From assembly GCF_001194135.2 (NCBI RefSeq), contig NC_068997.1, positions 11,907,824 to 11,971,823 on the forward strand: DNA of 64,000 nucleotides, given 5' to 3'. Positions 24,464 to 39,008 of this stretch are shown here, piece by piece (within the stretch, counting starts at the first letter, position 1; every line of letters begins with the position of its first letter). The position numbers and the translations under genes are program-made. Below the pieces are notes generated by a model. It saw only the letters and a program-made list of their open reading frames with translations. It was not told the origin of the DNA and did not search any database. This stretch comes from Octopus bimaculoides (lineage: Eukaryota).

Positions 24464-24779
24464 TACCTCACACAGACACTTATATTTACAGCACAGCGTC
24501 ATAACAATTGATAGAAGAAAGAGTTACGGTGACGAAACAGCATCATTTACATTAATAAACAATTTACCTCTTTCATCAAACAAACAGTAAAAACTATTAC
24601 CTAGATATAATATACAGTTGTGCACAGCCATTTCTCATACATATAGAGAAAAATCATACAACGACTCTACTCCAACTAGCTGTCCTTCGTCATTACAACG
24701 AAATTTCGTCAGTGACGAAAACAAAAATACTTTCACAAATGTCAAGAAACTGCAATGAAATTTTAGTCAAACAAGACAC

Positions 24780-25060
24780 ACCGAAGAGAAAAAATTCAGC
24801 AAAATAGATTTAGGTACTTTCAACATTCAGAACAGGAAATGGGAAAAATTCGAAAACAACACACGTCAAGGAGATAATCTACGTATTCATCAAATATAAA
24901 CGAGGATAAAAGAAAATAAAGGAAAAACAGCAGCTGTAAGCTAGCAAACATTTCATGTAACAAAGTCTATACAAAATATTAAAATATTCTTCAAAGCAGT
25001 ACCAACAACTCAATGAAGAGTCTTGACACACTTGACATTATAATAACAATTTGAAAATAG
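24780..25060 (+). mobile_element. Decayed RTE-like RT fragment
   Basis: EKFENNTRQGDNL resembles GVRQGD.LSP; downstream QQLNEES resembles ELNEES. Multiple stops. Confidence 0.35.
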
Positions 25061-26732
25061 CATAGCTTCAATCTAATACCAAGAAAATTCACTTCTTAAA
25101 CATTTTTTCAAGCGGGTAAAAACCGAGATTAATTACCAAAACAACATCAGAAGACATACCTAAAGATATCACAGCCATGTTATTATCAGACACCAGAGTA
25201 ATTATAACTATCTTTTAAAATGCTAAAATGTAATTCACTAGACCCCCTCCCTCCCTCCAAATTGCTGGCATTTAGCCAAGATTTGAAACTATTTTCTCTA
25301 CACGATATATTATATTGCATTCTAGTACGAAGATATGTATATGCAGTAGTGAATATCAGAGATATAACATAATTTTAAAACATGTACACCTACCACATAA
25401 CATGAAAAACCAGGATTTCATAGGGTGAATGCAATGGACATTACAAATTCAAAATGTATTGAACCAATAGAAAAAAAAACTTATATTTCAAATACTGCAT
25501 TCCCATTACGAAGAAATCATGCATATCGCAACTATTACTAGTTAAGTTAATAGTATTGTATAAATTATGTGTTATGAAGTAACAAATAGTTTTTCATTGT
25601 GTGTTCATTTGTATATGCATAAATACTTGCTTAATCTGTATGTGCATTTGTTTTGATCAGCATATCTACTTACCAATAATATATTCCTCGATTTTTATGA
25701 TTTTTTTCGTAAGTTTATCTCCGTATTTATTACTTAACCAAAAACATGTGTTTTTCTATTTCTCTAAATTTCATTCAGAATTATGTCAACAAACATTTGT
25801 TCGCTTCTGTATTGACCGTAAATAAACACCTCATTGATTTTCAATAATTGCTTTGAACATAATTATATACATCACATAATTCCCCATAAGAGATAAATAT
25901 AGTTGTGCAATCAATATATTTCCTTTACAAAATTAAATAGAATGTCCTTGAATGAACGGGGTTTAAATTTCATATTATAAATATTTGTCTATATTTATCT
26001 TGTCCCATCACTGTAAAGTCTCATGACGATCTTACCTTCATATTAATCATAATGGCGAAACCATGTAATAGTTAGCATCATGCAGTAGGTACACATATTA
26101 CTCACGCAACCATTAATAGCAATGAAATATTTCCTAGAATAAGCACGGAAGGGAATTTAAGATTCGCACGAACAAATTAATCAAGCAACTACATTATTTT
26201 AACTCATGCGGACACACACGCAACTTTGACAAACTTCGAGACAAATATGAAATACTTCGTTTTTGGAACATTGAACCACGAAGCTTATATAAAGCTACAA
26301 CTAATAACAAGTAAATATTAAGTTAAAAACCCATTGGTTACATGTTATCCAAACCTATTTTCGTCCACAATTTTTTTCTCATAATTCATTAGCGAATAGG
26401 AATCAAGAATAAAGTGCATCGGCTTAAGACTCTACACTAACGAGGCAGGAATCAATGAGTGGTGTCATTGATGTGCAACTAAAAATTCCCTCCAAAATGA
26501 TGTGGTTCCGAAATATGCTCGTTAGTGTAGAATTTGAGGCAATCGTATTGCAACATATGTTATGGTATTCTCTAATGGCATTTATAAGAAAAATTTGTAG
26601 ATGAAACGAGGCTTCAATGATATATATATATGTACACGCAAAGACTACACAAAATACATATACACACACGCGCACACACACACACAGGAACACACACACA
26701 TACACACACACATATATCTATATCTATATCTA

Positions 26733-26819
<87 letters not shown>

Positions 26820-27089
26820 NNNNNNNNNNNNNNNNNNNNNNNNNNNNNNNNNNNNNNNNNNNNNNNNNNNNNNNNNNNNNNNNNNNNNNNNNNNNNNNNN
26901 NNNNNNNNNNNNNNNNNNNNNNNNNNNNNNNNNNNNNNNNNNNNNNNNNNNNNNNNNNNNNNNNNNNNNNNNNNNNNNNNNNNNNNNNNNNNNNNNNNNN
27001 NNNNNNNNNNNNNNNNNNNNNNNNNNNNNNNNNNNNNNNNNNNNNNNNNNNNNNNNNNNNNNNNNNNNNATATATATATATATATAATC

Positions 27090-27290
27090 AACCCAAACAT
27101 GAACAAGCAAGAAAAGACACGAAAAAACAACAACGCGAGGACGTGGTACAAGTACAGTGTTATTGGGCGCTCAGGAAAGGACAGAAAAGAAAGAGGATTT
27201 CACGTTTCGAGCGGAGCTATGCATCAGAAATATAGAAAAAGTCCAAAGAAGGGAAGACGGAAAAAGAAAATCGCCAACGATACACATGCA
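27090..27290 (-). mobile_element. Short PLE-associated repeat carrying a decayed hammerhead-like motif
   Basis: Minus: cgttggcgattttc..ccgtcttcccttc..tttctgatgcatagctccgctcgaaacgtgaaat..cctgagcgcccaataacac..ccacgtcctcgcgttgttg. It resembles an abundant Octopus repeat (recalled, not searched). Confidence 0.55.
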
Positions 27291-27672
27291 GCAGGGATAT
27301 ACATAGAAGTTTATATACATACATAAATGCATGCATACAAGCATGCGTACGCACATACACATACATTTATAAAGATGTATATTTCTGCGTGTTTGTATCA
27401 GATGTGCGACTTTGTTTAAACATATCTTCTCAACATGGTCATATGTTGTGTGACTATGTTAGCTTTCTTCACAAAAATGATTACATCCATCTATGCAAAA
27501 ATACATGTTCTCTCGATTTACAACCTCAGTATTTACTTGCAAAAGATTTATAGCAATAAATGTCCTCGAATACAAAATGCAGCTGACTGTATTATATAAT
27601 GTATATGTGTGTGTGCGTGTATATATGTGTGTGTGTGTATGTGTGTGTCTGTGCGTGTGTGTGTATGTGTGT

Positions 27673-27715
<43 letters not shown>

Positions 27716-27736
27716 TATGTTTGTGTGTACATAAAA

Positions 27737-28130
27737 GGCTATCAGATGTACTGTTTGCGGATTTCAGGTGCATGGAAGTTCTGAAGGATGTAGTGCCTCC
27801 ACAGCTAACATCTGAGGCGGGAAGCTTATTCCACGCCTCAGCGATTCTGAACGTGAAAAGATTTTTTTCCGAAAGTCGTGGGTCCTATGTTGTTTTTTTC
27901 AATTTTATAAGCGTGTCTGCGAGTGTTTGTCATGTGGAATTAAAGAATTTGCCCAAAGTGGTAATTGAAAAGATGGTGGATAATCTTGTGACTTCCTAGA
28001 ATATGAGGAGGTTTAGTTCACTGGTGATCTAAAGGCACGCTGAGTAAGTGATATAATTGATCATCAGTTGGGTTCCAAGTCCAGATATGAGGCTGGAGCT
28101 AGGGAACCGTATTAGGCTTTCGTGTTAGCA
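27737..28130 (-). mobile_element. CR1-type LINE 3' end (frameshifted)
   Basis: Minus translation across frameshifts: HAYKI.KQHRTHDFRK..FTFRIAEAWNKLPASDVSCGGTTSFRTSM. This matches the CR1 ORF2 C-terminal motif FF..RV...WN.LP..VV. Confidence 0.85.
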
Positions 28131-28614
28131 GGTATATAGTAGAGGAAAAGGACAATAAAACCAAGGTAGCACAAGTATCTCAAGTCATTTATAATAATTT
28201 AGGGTAAAGTGAATTTGAATTCTTACAGCTGTTTCTGAGATATCCCAAGTGATAGGTTAGTATGTGTGTACATTGGGTATTCGGCCAACGGAAACAAGGT
28301 GAATGTATATGAAAGTTCCAGACAGGGAAATGGACAGTTTATAAGTTCTCCTGTGATTTTTTCCTCCTCTCTATATTCTATCTACTTTCACTGTTTATTC
28401 TTCTATTTTATTCCTTATACACAGCTAATTTCCCTCTCTAGATCTTTCGTACATATCCACCTTGTCTCTGATGACGATATAATTTAGGTACGGACAGGCT
28501 AGCGTTTCACATGGTGCATTCCAGCAGTAAAAATTCAAATTCACCTTACTCTAAATTATTAAATTATTATGACTTGAGATTCTCGTCCTGCCTTGGTTTT
28601 TGTTGTCAATTTCC

Positions 28615-28657
<43 letters not shown>

Positions 28658-29529
28658 TAAGCAACACGATATCAAGAAGTGATGCATTACGACCGTTTCA
28701 ACTGGCTCCATTTAATTGAACAATGCAATCATTACGTCNNNNNNNNNNNNNNNNNNNNNNNNNNNNNNNNNNNNNNNNNNNNNNNNNNNNNNNNNNNNNN
28801 NNNNNNNNNNNNNNNNNNNNNNNNNNNNNNNNNNNNNNNNNNNNNNNNNNNNNNNNNNNNNNNNNNNNNNNNNNNNNNNNNNNNNNNNNNNNNNNNNNNN
28901 NNNNNNNNNNNNNNNNNNATATATATATATACCTATATATATACCTATATATATATACATTTGAAATCGGTGGATAGATTGAACCATGTATATATTTCCC
29001 CGTCGCGCATACTTTGATTATGTGATATACACATATAACAATATTTAAAACTTTTAAAGAATAAAAGGTCATAGAATGTATTGCCAGTTCCATATTGATA
29101 TTTGATTCAAAATGTCTTCACCATTAGAATTACACATTTACGTTCACCAAGAAATTTATTTCCGTATTTTTCTTCAAGGCCTTATATGCAATCCCTTTCT
29201 ATAACTTTATAATTCTACTTTCAGAGAGTAAGTCTTGTTGGGATTAATTGCATCTGCATTAATTCAATATTTATTGCCAAAATATTTAAAAAATAACTGG
29301 AGAAAGTTTGTGATTTTTGTTGTTGTTGCTTTTGTTGTCTATAGCACCGTTAGTGTTGTTATATCCAAAGTCAGCAGTTAACTGACAAATATTATGATTT
29401 ATTATTTATACCGTTCCTTAGATTAGATTTTAGCACTTACACACACACAGACACAGACAGACAGACAGACAGACACAAACACACACAAACACACGCACAC
29501 ACACACATACACACACACAAACACACACA

Positions 29530-29572
<43 letters not shown>

Positions 29573-30856
29573 NNNNNNNNNNNNNNNNNNNNNNNNNNNN
29601 NNNNNNNNNNNNNNNNNNNNNNNNNNNNNNNNNNNNNNNNNNNNNNNNNNNNNNNNNNNNNNNNNNNNNNNNNNNNNNNNNNNNNNNACACTTTGTTAAC
29701 GTCTCTCTTTCACGACAGAAAAACAAGGCTCATTTGCGCAAGTGTTTCTGGAGAACGGTGTTTATATATGTTCTGTCTCGTCAAACAAATCTAAACGCAT
29801 ATATGTTGACGAAAAATGTTGTCCTCGCGTTCGAATCTTTTGGACGGTATTAAAAAGAAATATGCAAATTGTTTCATACCTCGATGTACACAGAGGAAAC
29901 TGTCTACTGAATCGTACCACTCCGCTAACCGAGGTTCTGTGATTTAAGGAGTATTTGCTTTGACATATTTACACATAGCGTCATATATACTTCATGTATA
30001 AATCATAAATTATTTCATTTAAAGTTGCTAGCACAGGAAACCTATTGCTGGAAGTGGTGTAATTATATCCTTTGTTTCATGCTTCTGCAATACTTTTATT
30101 TTCGTATATTGAGTGATTTGAACATAGAGCCGTAAACATCTGCACTGTAATTATAAGTTACCAGATGTTTATGGCCATATTTCTTGATAATCAATAGCCT
30201 GTTAAGAGATCATTTCCATAAATGGAAATATGACGGGTATATGATAATATATTCACTATTCTTTTGTTTAATTAAACACGAATAAGTAAGTAAAAGAATA
30301 AAAGAATAAAAGAACAATCATACATTCCCCCGTTCTCTACGTCTTTTAACCCATCCATCTCTGTATTGATATATGTGTATATATATGTATATATATGTAT
30401 ATATATGTATATACATATATATATATATNNNNNNNNNNNNNNNNNNNNNNNNNNNNNNNNNNNNNNNNNNNNNNNNNNNNNNNNNNNNNNNNNNNNNNNN
30501 NNNNNNNNNNNNNNNNNNNNNNNNNNNNNNNNNNNNNNNNNNNNNNNNNNNNNNNNNNNNNNNNNNNNNNNNNNNNNNNNNNNNNNNNNNNNNNNNNNNN
30601 NNNNNNNNNNNNNNNNNNNNNNNNNNNNNNNNNNNNNNNNNNNNNNNNNNNNNNNNNNNNNNNNNNNNNNNNNNNNNNNNNNNNNNNNNNNNNNNNNNNN
30701 NNNNNNNNNNNNNNNNNNNNNNNNNNNNNNNNNNNNNNNNNNNNNNNNNNNNNNNNNNNNNNNNNNNNNNNNNNNNNNNNNNNNNNNNNNNNNNNNNNNN
30801 NNNNNNNNNNNNNNNNNNNNNNNNNNNNNNNNNNNNNNNNNNNNNNNNNNNNNNNN

Positions 30857-30889
<33 letters not shown>

Positions 30890-32743
30890 TATATATATAT
30901 TGTATGTATTTGTATGTATATGAATGTGTATGTTCGAATAGACATATGTATACACATACATTCGTACATAGATGTGCGTGCATGTGTATGTGTGTGAGTG
31001 TGTTTCTGTGTGCGGGTGTGCGTATGTGTGTGCGTGTGTGTACTTGTTTGTTGTCGCTACGATTGATGAATACGTGCGATTATGGTTTTGCGGGAATTTG
31101 TATAGAATTTAATCGAGTTGCAATGTATATTAATTTATCTAAGCTGTTTTAATGCAATTTCAATTGGTATTATCAGATCTTCAAAAACCATTAACCTTTT
31201 CCCTATTGTAATTCTGATCGCATAACATATTATATATATATGTGAAATTAAAAACCCCGTGAAATAAATCTAACTCCATTTATTTTCTGCTTTAATCACA
31301 TTGAAGTACGATTATTTTCAGAGGAAAATGAACAATTAATAACCGATTATGTTATATCCAGGCTGGAATTGCTTTTAAATATTATTTTCAGTATTTTGTT
31401 TCCTAGTCAATACAATTAGCACATATTTGCTCGATCAACAACGAACTGCACAATTTCCAGTTCATAAGGATTAACTGCATTGAAATATCGATCGCTCTCT
31501 CAAACTTCAATATCTCCATTTTCAATGAGAAATTAACAGGGGAAAGACTAATATGCCAAAGTTCGATAGAGATGTATATTTTATGAGATATCGTTTTGTG
31601 ATTTTTTGTTACTACGGTACAAATTTAGGATTTCGGCTCTTCTAGTGCAGTTTTCTGAGTGCAGATCAAAGTATGTGCACACACACACATAGACACACTC
31701 ACACACATCACACACATATATATGGATACATGTATATACGTGTATATGTGTGCGTGCATGTGTGTGAGTGTGTGCATCTGTATATATATATATATATATA
31801 TNNNNNNNNNNNNNNNNNNNNNNNNNNNNNNNNNNNNNNNNNNNNNNNNNNNNNNNNNNNNNNNNNNNNNNNNNNNNNNNNNNNNNNNNNNNNNNNNNNN
31901 NNNNNNNNNNNNNNNNNNNNNNNNNNNNNNNNNNNNNNNNNNNNNNNNNNNNNNNNNNNNNNNNNNNNNNNNNNNNNNNNNNNNNNNNNNNNNNNNNNNN
32001 NNNNNNNNNNNNNNNNNNNNNNNNNNNNNNNNNNNNNNNNNNNNNNNNNNNNNNNNNNNNNNNNNNNNNNNNNNNNNNNNNNNNNNNNNNNNNNNNNNNN
32101 NNNNNNNNNNNNNNNNNNNNNNNNNNNNNNNNNNNNNNNNNNNNNNNNNNNNNNNNNNNNNNNNNNNNNNNNNNNNNNNNNNNNNNNNNNNNNNNNNNNN
32201 NNNNNNNNNNNNNNNNNNNNNNNNNNNNNNNNNNNNNNNNNNNNNNNNNNNNNNNNNNNNNNNNNNNNNNNNNNNNNNNNNNNNNNNNNNNNNNNNNNNN
32301 NNNNNNNNNNNNNNNNNNNNNNNNNNNNNNNNNNNNNNNNNNNNNNNNNNNNNNNNNNNNNNNNNNNNNNNNNNNNNNNNNNNNNNNNNNNNNNNNNNNN
32401 NNNNNNNNNNNNNNNNNNNNNNNNNNNNNNNNNNNNNNNNNNNNNNNNNNNNNNNNNNNNNNNNNNNNNNNNNNNNNNNNNNNNNNNNNNNNNNNNNNNN
32501 NNNNNNNNNNNNNNNNNNNNNNNNNNNNNNNNNNNNNNNNNNNNNNNNNNNNNNNNNNNNNNNNNNNNNNNNNNNNNNNNNNNNNNNNNNNNNNNNNNNN
32601 NNNNNNNNNNNNNNNNNNNNNNNNNNNNNNNNNNNNNNNNNNNNNNNNNNNNNNNNNNNNNNNNNNNNNNNNNNNNNNNNNNNNNNNNNNNNNNNNNNNN
32701 NNNNNNNNNNNNNNNNNNNNNNNNNNNNNNNNNNNNNNNNNNN

Positions 32744-32885
32744 AAAATGCTTATTAGCTTTTCATCCGTTACTACGTTTTGCGTTCAAATTCTGCCGAGG
32801 TCGAGTTTTTTCGGCGTCAATGAAAACAGTAGCAGTTGGGCACTGGGAATGATTTAACCGACTAGCCCCGCCTCACCTAAAAAGT
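32744..32885 (+). mobile_element. SINE family A, diverged
   Basis: aaaatgctta..gcgttcaaattctgccgaggtcga..gcactggg. Confidence 0.6.
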
Positions 32886-33135
32886 TGACACTTTATATTC
32901 AACTTTACGATGAGATATATTGTAAGAACAGAAATAAATTTATTTCTCAAACGCGTGATAATGCTATAAATAGCGTGATCAGGATAAATTATCCATATAA
33001 TGCAGAAACATACGTTGCCGGCCAGCCATGGGATTCGAACTCACATTTCTGTGATTGGTTTAATGGTAAAACACTTGACAACGAATTCTTCTACAATTTC
33101 AGAACTTAACTTATAAATTTAGTTTATGTTTATTA

Positions 33136-33344
33136 TACGAGGGAGTGCTGAAAATTTGTTGGTTTTAAAGGTATCACCTAAGGCCTGGTTGGAGGTCAAA
33201 TTTTCCCTGTTCTGCTATTGGGCTTAGAAAAACTGAAGGACTGCTGCAATGTGTGAATATGAGAGTGAACTATGTCGAATAAAGCCATAATTAACGGATT
33301 CTCTTGTACTTTCTTTTGCCCAAAGACAGAAACGTATCAGCAAC

Positions 33345-33352
<8 letters not shown>
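33136..33352 (+). mobile_element. Mariner-derived MITE with TA target duplication
   Basis: TA-CGAGGGAGTGCTGAAAA..., imperfect inverted end ..TCAGCAACCTCTCA-TA. The internal remnant ctgctgcaatgtgtgaatatgagagtgaactatgtcgaataaa resembles the mariner C-terminal coding end. Confidence 0.7.
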
Positions 33353-33380
<28 letters not shown>

Positions 33381-35353
33381 TATATATATATATATTCACC
33401 TATAACACGTATAGTGTGAGTCAGAATTTTAGAAATTCGCATTATAGTGGTTTATTACCCTTATCTTAAACGTGTTCAAGTATTTTTGTTTGATATGTTC
33501 ACTTTCTAATGGCTATTTAAACATAAACTTTATGATGAACAAATGAAATCTAACAGAAAATATCTACTATTAATATATGTTTATAACATATAAACTATTT
33601 AATTGTTTGCCTGTAACGAGAATAATAATTCAGACGAAAATGTTAAAAGTTATCGAATATCCAAAATAGCAATGAAAATCATTGAACAGTCATAACATGT
33701 TGAGAGCTACGATAAATATATATATTCAGTTAGTTTTGTATTGCATATCAGCTGTAATAAACTTGTTACCGTATAAATTATTAATGATAGGAACACATCG
33801 TGAACGCTGTGCGTAGCTTTGTTTTTTTGTATTCATTTATTCTTGTGTAATCTTCATATAAATGTTTTCCAGTCAAACTCTCGCGACTATGAATGACAAA
33901 TTTACTTTCTTCTCATATATATGAGAGACACATAAATGTCGCTGTGGATAATAAAGTGCTACAACTGTTTTCTAGATCATTCGGAATATTAATGTATCTA
34001 ACACATTCTTTGATGGGGAATTTGTCCAGACAATCGCTGATTTATGCATTTATATGTCAGTAATAACGCAATATCATTGATACAGTATGCATTACCCGTG
34101 TTTAGCAAACGCGAAAACCACCACAAACACCACTTATGGTTCCTTAATGGTTAAACTAGCAGTAACAATATTTTCTAATTCTTGCTCCTTAAAATTGTTT
34201 TATATTAAATAAAATTTTTTCTTGCTTATTTTATTTATTTCTGCATAATACTTTGCATGATTGACTGATATTGATTGCTCTGATACGATAAAAATCTGCT
34301 TCCAAGGTGCTGAAAAGTGAGGAATACATTTACTTCAGATGTCTGCTATTTTTGAAAGAACTGCTAGCCAATCACTCAATAATCTGAGGAGAGTCTACGT
34401 TCTGTGGCAAAGCTATCAGATTCGTTTCAACGACGTATTTGCGTTTATCAAGATACAACCTAACACACCATAGTTCTTTTTCATTATTAAAATACAAAAG
34501 ATATTGTATTGAAAACAATATTATATATATATAGAATCTGAGCACAAGGTCTTCAAAATTTATTTATGGTAATATATAACAATGATATACTTACGGGAAT
34601 ATATAACAATAATCTAAAGCTAGATATTATGAGAATATTTAACAATTATGGAAATATATAGCGATAATCTGCAGTTAAATATCCTACATATGGTGCATAT
34701 CTTAATGTCTTTCATTAGTGAGAGATGTAGCTTTAATTTTCTAATATTTTCAAATCCTTATCTATCTATGGCAGATCAATCTTAGCGAAATAGGTAAAGT
34801 TGAAACATATATATATTATCTAAGACAGTGTCTATTCAATTTCAGAAGAAACACCTGCAGATTACCGCTCCTAATTATATATTATCAATTTGAATTCCAA
34901 AGAGAAATCTTCAAGATTGTTAGATATGCGATATATAGCATCCGAATCTGATTTAAATCACTCGCTTAGTTCTCAAAAAAGAGAACAATACACTTAATAG
35001 TATTGCCCTATATATTTTAAAACATGCGAAAAGGCAACTACTGAATAGTCTTACATTCTATGTGTGCTCTTTTGGTTGTGAACTTAAATGAAATAAAACA
35101 GATTTCGTAATACAGCAACACATTGCACTACAGAAATGTTTACTATTAGTGTTTTAGAGTAAAATCTACACATAAAAAAATATAGTATTTATATCTTCGA
35201 AGATTTTTTTAATGATATAGCTCTTATATTGATATTTTTATTTTATTTTTACTTTTCATTATAAATTCTTTAAAAAGTAAGGCATATGTTTGGGAGACGT
35301 GTTATCACAAATGATGCAATTCTTTTCTACTCTATGTACAAGACCCGAAACAT

Positions 35354-35503
35354 CGACCCAGTATGCAACTGGTACTTAATTTATCGACCCCGAATGGATC
35401 AAAGGAAAAGTTGAGCTCGGTGGAATTTGAACTCAAAACGTAAAGAGAAATGAAATAACGCTAAGCATTTCGCCCGGTGTGCTAGCGTTTCTGCCAGCTC
35501 GCC
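35354..35503 (-). mobile_element. SINE family A, with head
   Basis: Minus: cggcgagctggcagaaacgctagcacaccgggcgaaatgcttagcg..ttgagttcaaattccaccgag..ggggtcgataaattaagtaccagttgcatactgggtcga. Confidence 0.88.
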
Positions 35504-38500
35504 GTACAACAATAATGTTTTGAAGACACTTTAAACACTTCGGTGTTTATACCTTCATTAGAATAAAAATATTCCAAATTTCCTGCACCTAATCGACACG
35601 TTCCCTAAAAATCTCTACTTAATCATATTTTTTCACAATCTTTTTTCTAAAATTATACTGAATACACACACATTTAAATATATACGAAAATAAAGGTTCG
35701 TTAAACTGGAGAAATAGATCAAGCATCATCATTTTGAAAATCACCTGAACTATCTACTGTACATCTTTTCAACGGGAGTAGCATTGACTTTAGCTTTGGT
35801 TTGTTTGAAAGCATATATCATCGAATTAAATAATAGATTCTACCAAACGACCCCACCACCACCGACATATTATTTGTATTGAAATTCTGAACAATTCTTT
35901 ATCCTATTGATGCAAAGTTATTCCTGTGCCACGAAGTGTATATTCCATTTAATCAGCACCGGTGTATTGTACATTATAAATAGATATTTGCTTTCTGGAG
36001 AAGGGAGGAAATGCATAACTGAACTGGTTAAAATTTGAACCTAGAAATTGTGTTGACGGGATTTGGATACTGTAATTGATTTGGGTTGGCTTCCCACGAT
36101 TTATTTTTGGTAATACATTTATTGAGTTTGTTTAGATATGGAAAGGTATAACGTCAGCTAACAAGATTGGATAAAGAAAAATACGTATATCATGAAGATG
36201 CATGTAGTTCCTAAATTAAGTGATGAAGCAATGGGTTTCTATGCGAATCAAAATAAAATTTTGTAAAAAGCAGCAAAATCGTTAAAGATAATTTCATTTT
36301 ATTCTAATCATTTGCCTAGAATATTCTCTGTGTTAAAAACATCAAACTCTGATCAGCGGTCAAATTTTGAGACCGGTTAAGAGCTTAGAATCAAAACGTA
36401 CAAGATTCGTATTGATCAAGCATTAAAACATATAACAAGACTGTCTTCAGAAATATATTATTTAAAAATGATGATAAATGTTATAACGTAGGGCAAGATG
36501 AGTAGTGTCAATTGCGAAATCTGTATCACCTAGAAATGGTATGATAGATCAATCTTATCGATCTGAAAGGGGATATGATATGTATATCACGTAAGCCATT
36601 GTACAATAAATTCCCAGATTGAGGGTCAAATCACCGACAGCTAATTGCAGCTTTGAATTTAATGTCCCTTACACCCTTTTTTCTTTCACCTTCAAACGAT
36701 TAACGCAAATTGACTTTAATATTTTTCTAATAGATGTTTCCTTTAAAGATATGTATTTTAACATAAACCATTAATACAGGATAAAAAATCATCAGCAATT
36801 TTGAAAAATATTGTAGAAAATTCGTTGTGGATACAAAAAATTAAACTAAAATGTTCCGATGGAATAGAGAAGAGATCTATACGTTATTATATTCATGAAC
36901 ACACGTCACAGATTTGTTACAAAAGACAAAGTATTTACCACATAACAATACAGATAGGATATAAAATGTGAAATATTAACAAAACAGCTGAAGCCAATGA
37001 ATGTAATGATTTGATATTCACAGGATATTGTCTAACGTATCAGTTTACTAATTTAAATGAAGCAATTGTTTAAATCCAGGAGAGAAAGAAACGATGTTCA
37101 GCATAATATATGGATTAAGAATTATCAATTGTAGCAATGCTACATCGGCTAATATACATACATATACTCATTCTTGCATGCATAAATACAGAATTACATA
37201 TACAAACGCATATATGCGTATGTGTGTGTGTTTCGACAAAAAAACTTAGTTGGAAGCATTTTCTATTTTAGCACATTTGTGTGAATAGAAAACCTATGAT
37301 ACAAGGTAGTCAAATATATTTTACCAAACGATGTTGAACTCACGACACACGTGCTCAGTTTCAGAGAAACGATTTCTGACATGTTCAACACAACTACATG
37401 ACAGGTTTCATTCATCTGGTTGAGGTGAAAACTGACTGACGTATCTGTGATTTGAACTGAGAATGACGCGTGCAATTACATACCATTTATTTAGATGACC
37501 TCAAAAAACAAAGATAAATGAAATAATAGGTGTGTTACAAAAATGTTTACAATGTGTTAATTCTGCTTAAATATCAATAACTTCGCGTCAAAGGGTACTA
37601 TTTTTTTATCGCACAAGGTTTTAGTTTTTTTTTTTTTAATCGTGCCGTGGCAAGTTTTTAAAGTAGGTTTTGACTTCTTCATATGAAAATGATCTAAATA
37701 TTTTGGTACCGTATATAGAACATGATTCTGAATTTAAAGTATAGTAAATGGAAGATCATGCGATATCAAAATTGAAAATTTATTTCGCTATTGTCTTTTT
37801 TTCGTTTTTTTTTTTTTCGCCCCAAATAAAACTATTGGAATTAATACAAAACATGTTTTTTTCAGTAGCTTCGCTAGAGAGATGTTAGAAGACAGAATTA
37901 AAAACGCAATGAAAATCAGCTATTAGATATATTATGTTCAAACTACTATAATAAGGAGGTATCAAATAATAAACAGTGAAATTGTAACAAGGCTAACATT
38001 TCTAATTGCCTTTTAGTTTCATACAAAATATTTCACGGAGCACTAATTACATGCTAACTTCTGAATGTGTTTTACCAAATAAAATTTTAATAATATGGTA
38101 CGTGTATGCAAACGAAGAATAAAGTAAAACGAAACATTTGCGTCGTATGTGTTATTTTACTGAAATTTAAATTCGTTCTTGGCATATTCAGAAAATTATT
38201 CTGAAATGTGCACCTGTGCATATAAAACTATATCTTTTAATGAAGATTTATACAGAAAATATCAAAAACTAAAACGCAATTCTGTCTGGTATTTAAATAT
38301 ATTTGCTTCCTCTATAAATGTCTATACGGAGTGGCAAGTAATAAAAAAATATATAACATAATCTAACCTCGTTATTGAAATTAATACGTTCATTAAGTAA
38401 TATTTATAGAGATGTCCTGCTGGCTCACGGTAATGGAAAATCATTTTCTGAAATAGTTCTCTCAGCGTATTCTACGTAATATTAGCTTAACACATATAGT

Positions 38501-38538
38501 AATTTTCTAATATAAATTAGCAGCATAGATCACAATGC

Positions 38539-38720
38539 AAGCGCAGTCATGGCTGCAAGATGAAGAAAGTTGCTTTAATAACACGCGCTCTTACTTTGTA
38601 TCGAACTCTGCATCATTCTTTGCAAGTGTCTTTCACCGATTCCTAAGATTGATCAATATTTCGTGAATAAAATCTGTTTTCAGATTATTGTGCGACATTC
38701 ATTCACATTATACTTATGTA

Positions 38721-38770
<50 letters not shown>

Positions 38771-39008
38771 TTTGTACCTGTGTGTGTCTTTGTACCTATG
38801 TGTGGTTATCCGCACACCAATACTTGACAGCCGATTTTGATGTGTTTACGGCCCCGTAACTTTACAGTTTGGCATAAAGAACCGATAGAATAAGTACTAG
38901 CTAGACATGCAGACGATATGTCCTGGTTTCGATCTCTTCTGCTGAAAAACCTTTAAAGGTGATGCCCCAGCATGGCCGCAGACAAATAACAGAAACACGC
39001 GAAAGAAT
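38539..39008 (+). mobile_element. SINE family B, diverged full length with internal (TG)n
   Basis: gcgcagtcatggctg..(TG)n..tgtgtttacggccccgtaac..accgatagaataagtacta..ccccagcatggccgcag. Confidence 0.75.

Noticed and set aside
33015-33075. tRNA gene (GTTCGAATCC B-box on minus)
   Set aside because: No cloverleaf or acceptor stem can be formed; more likely an eroded SINE head.
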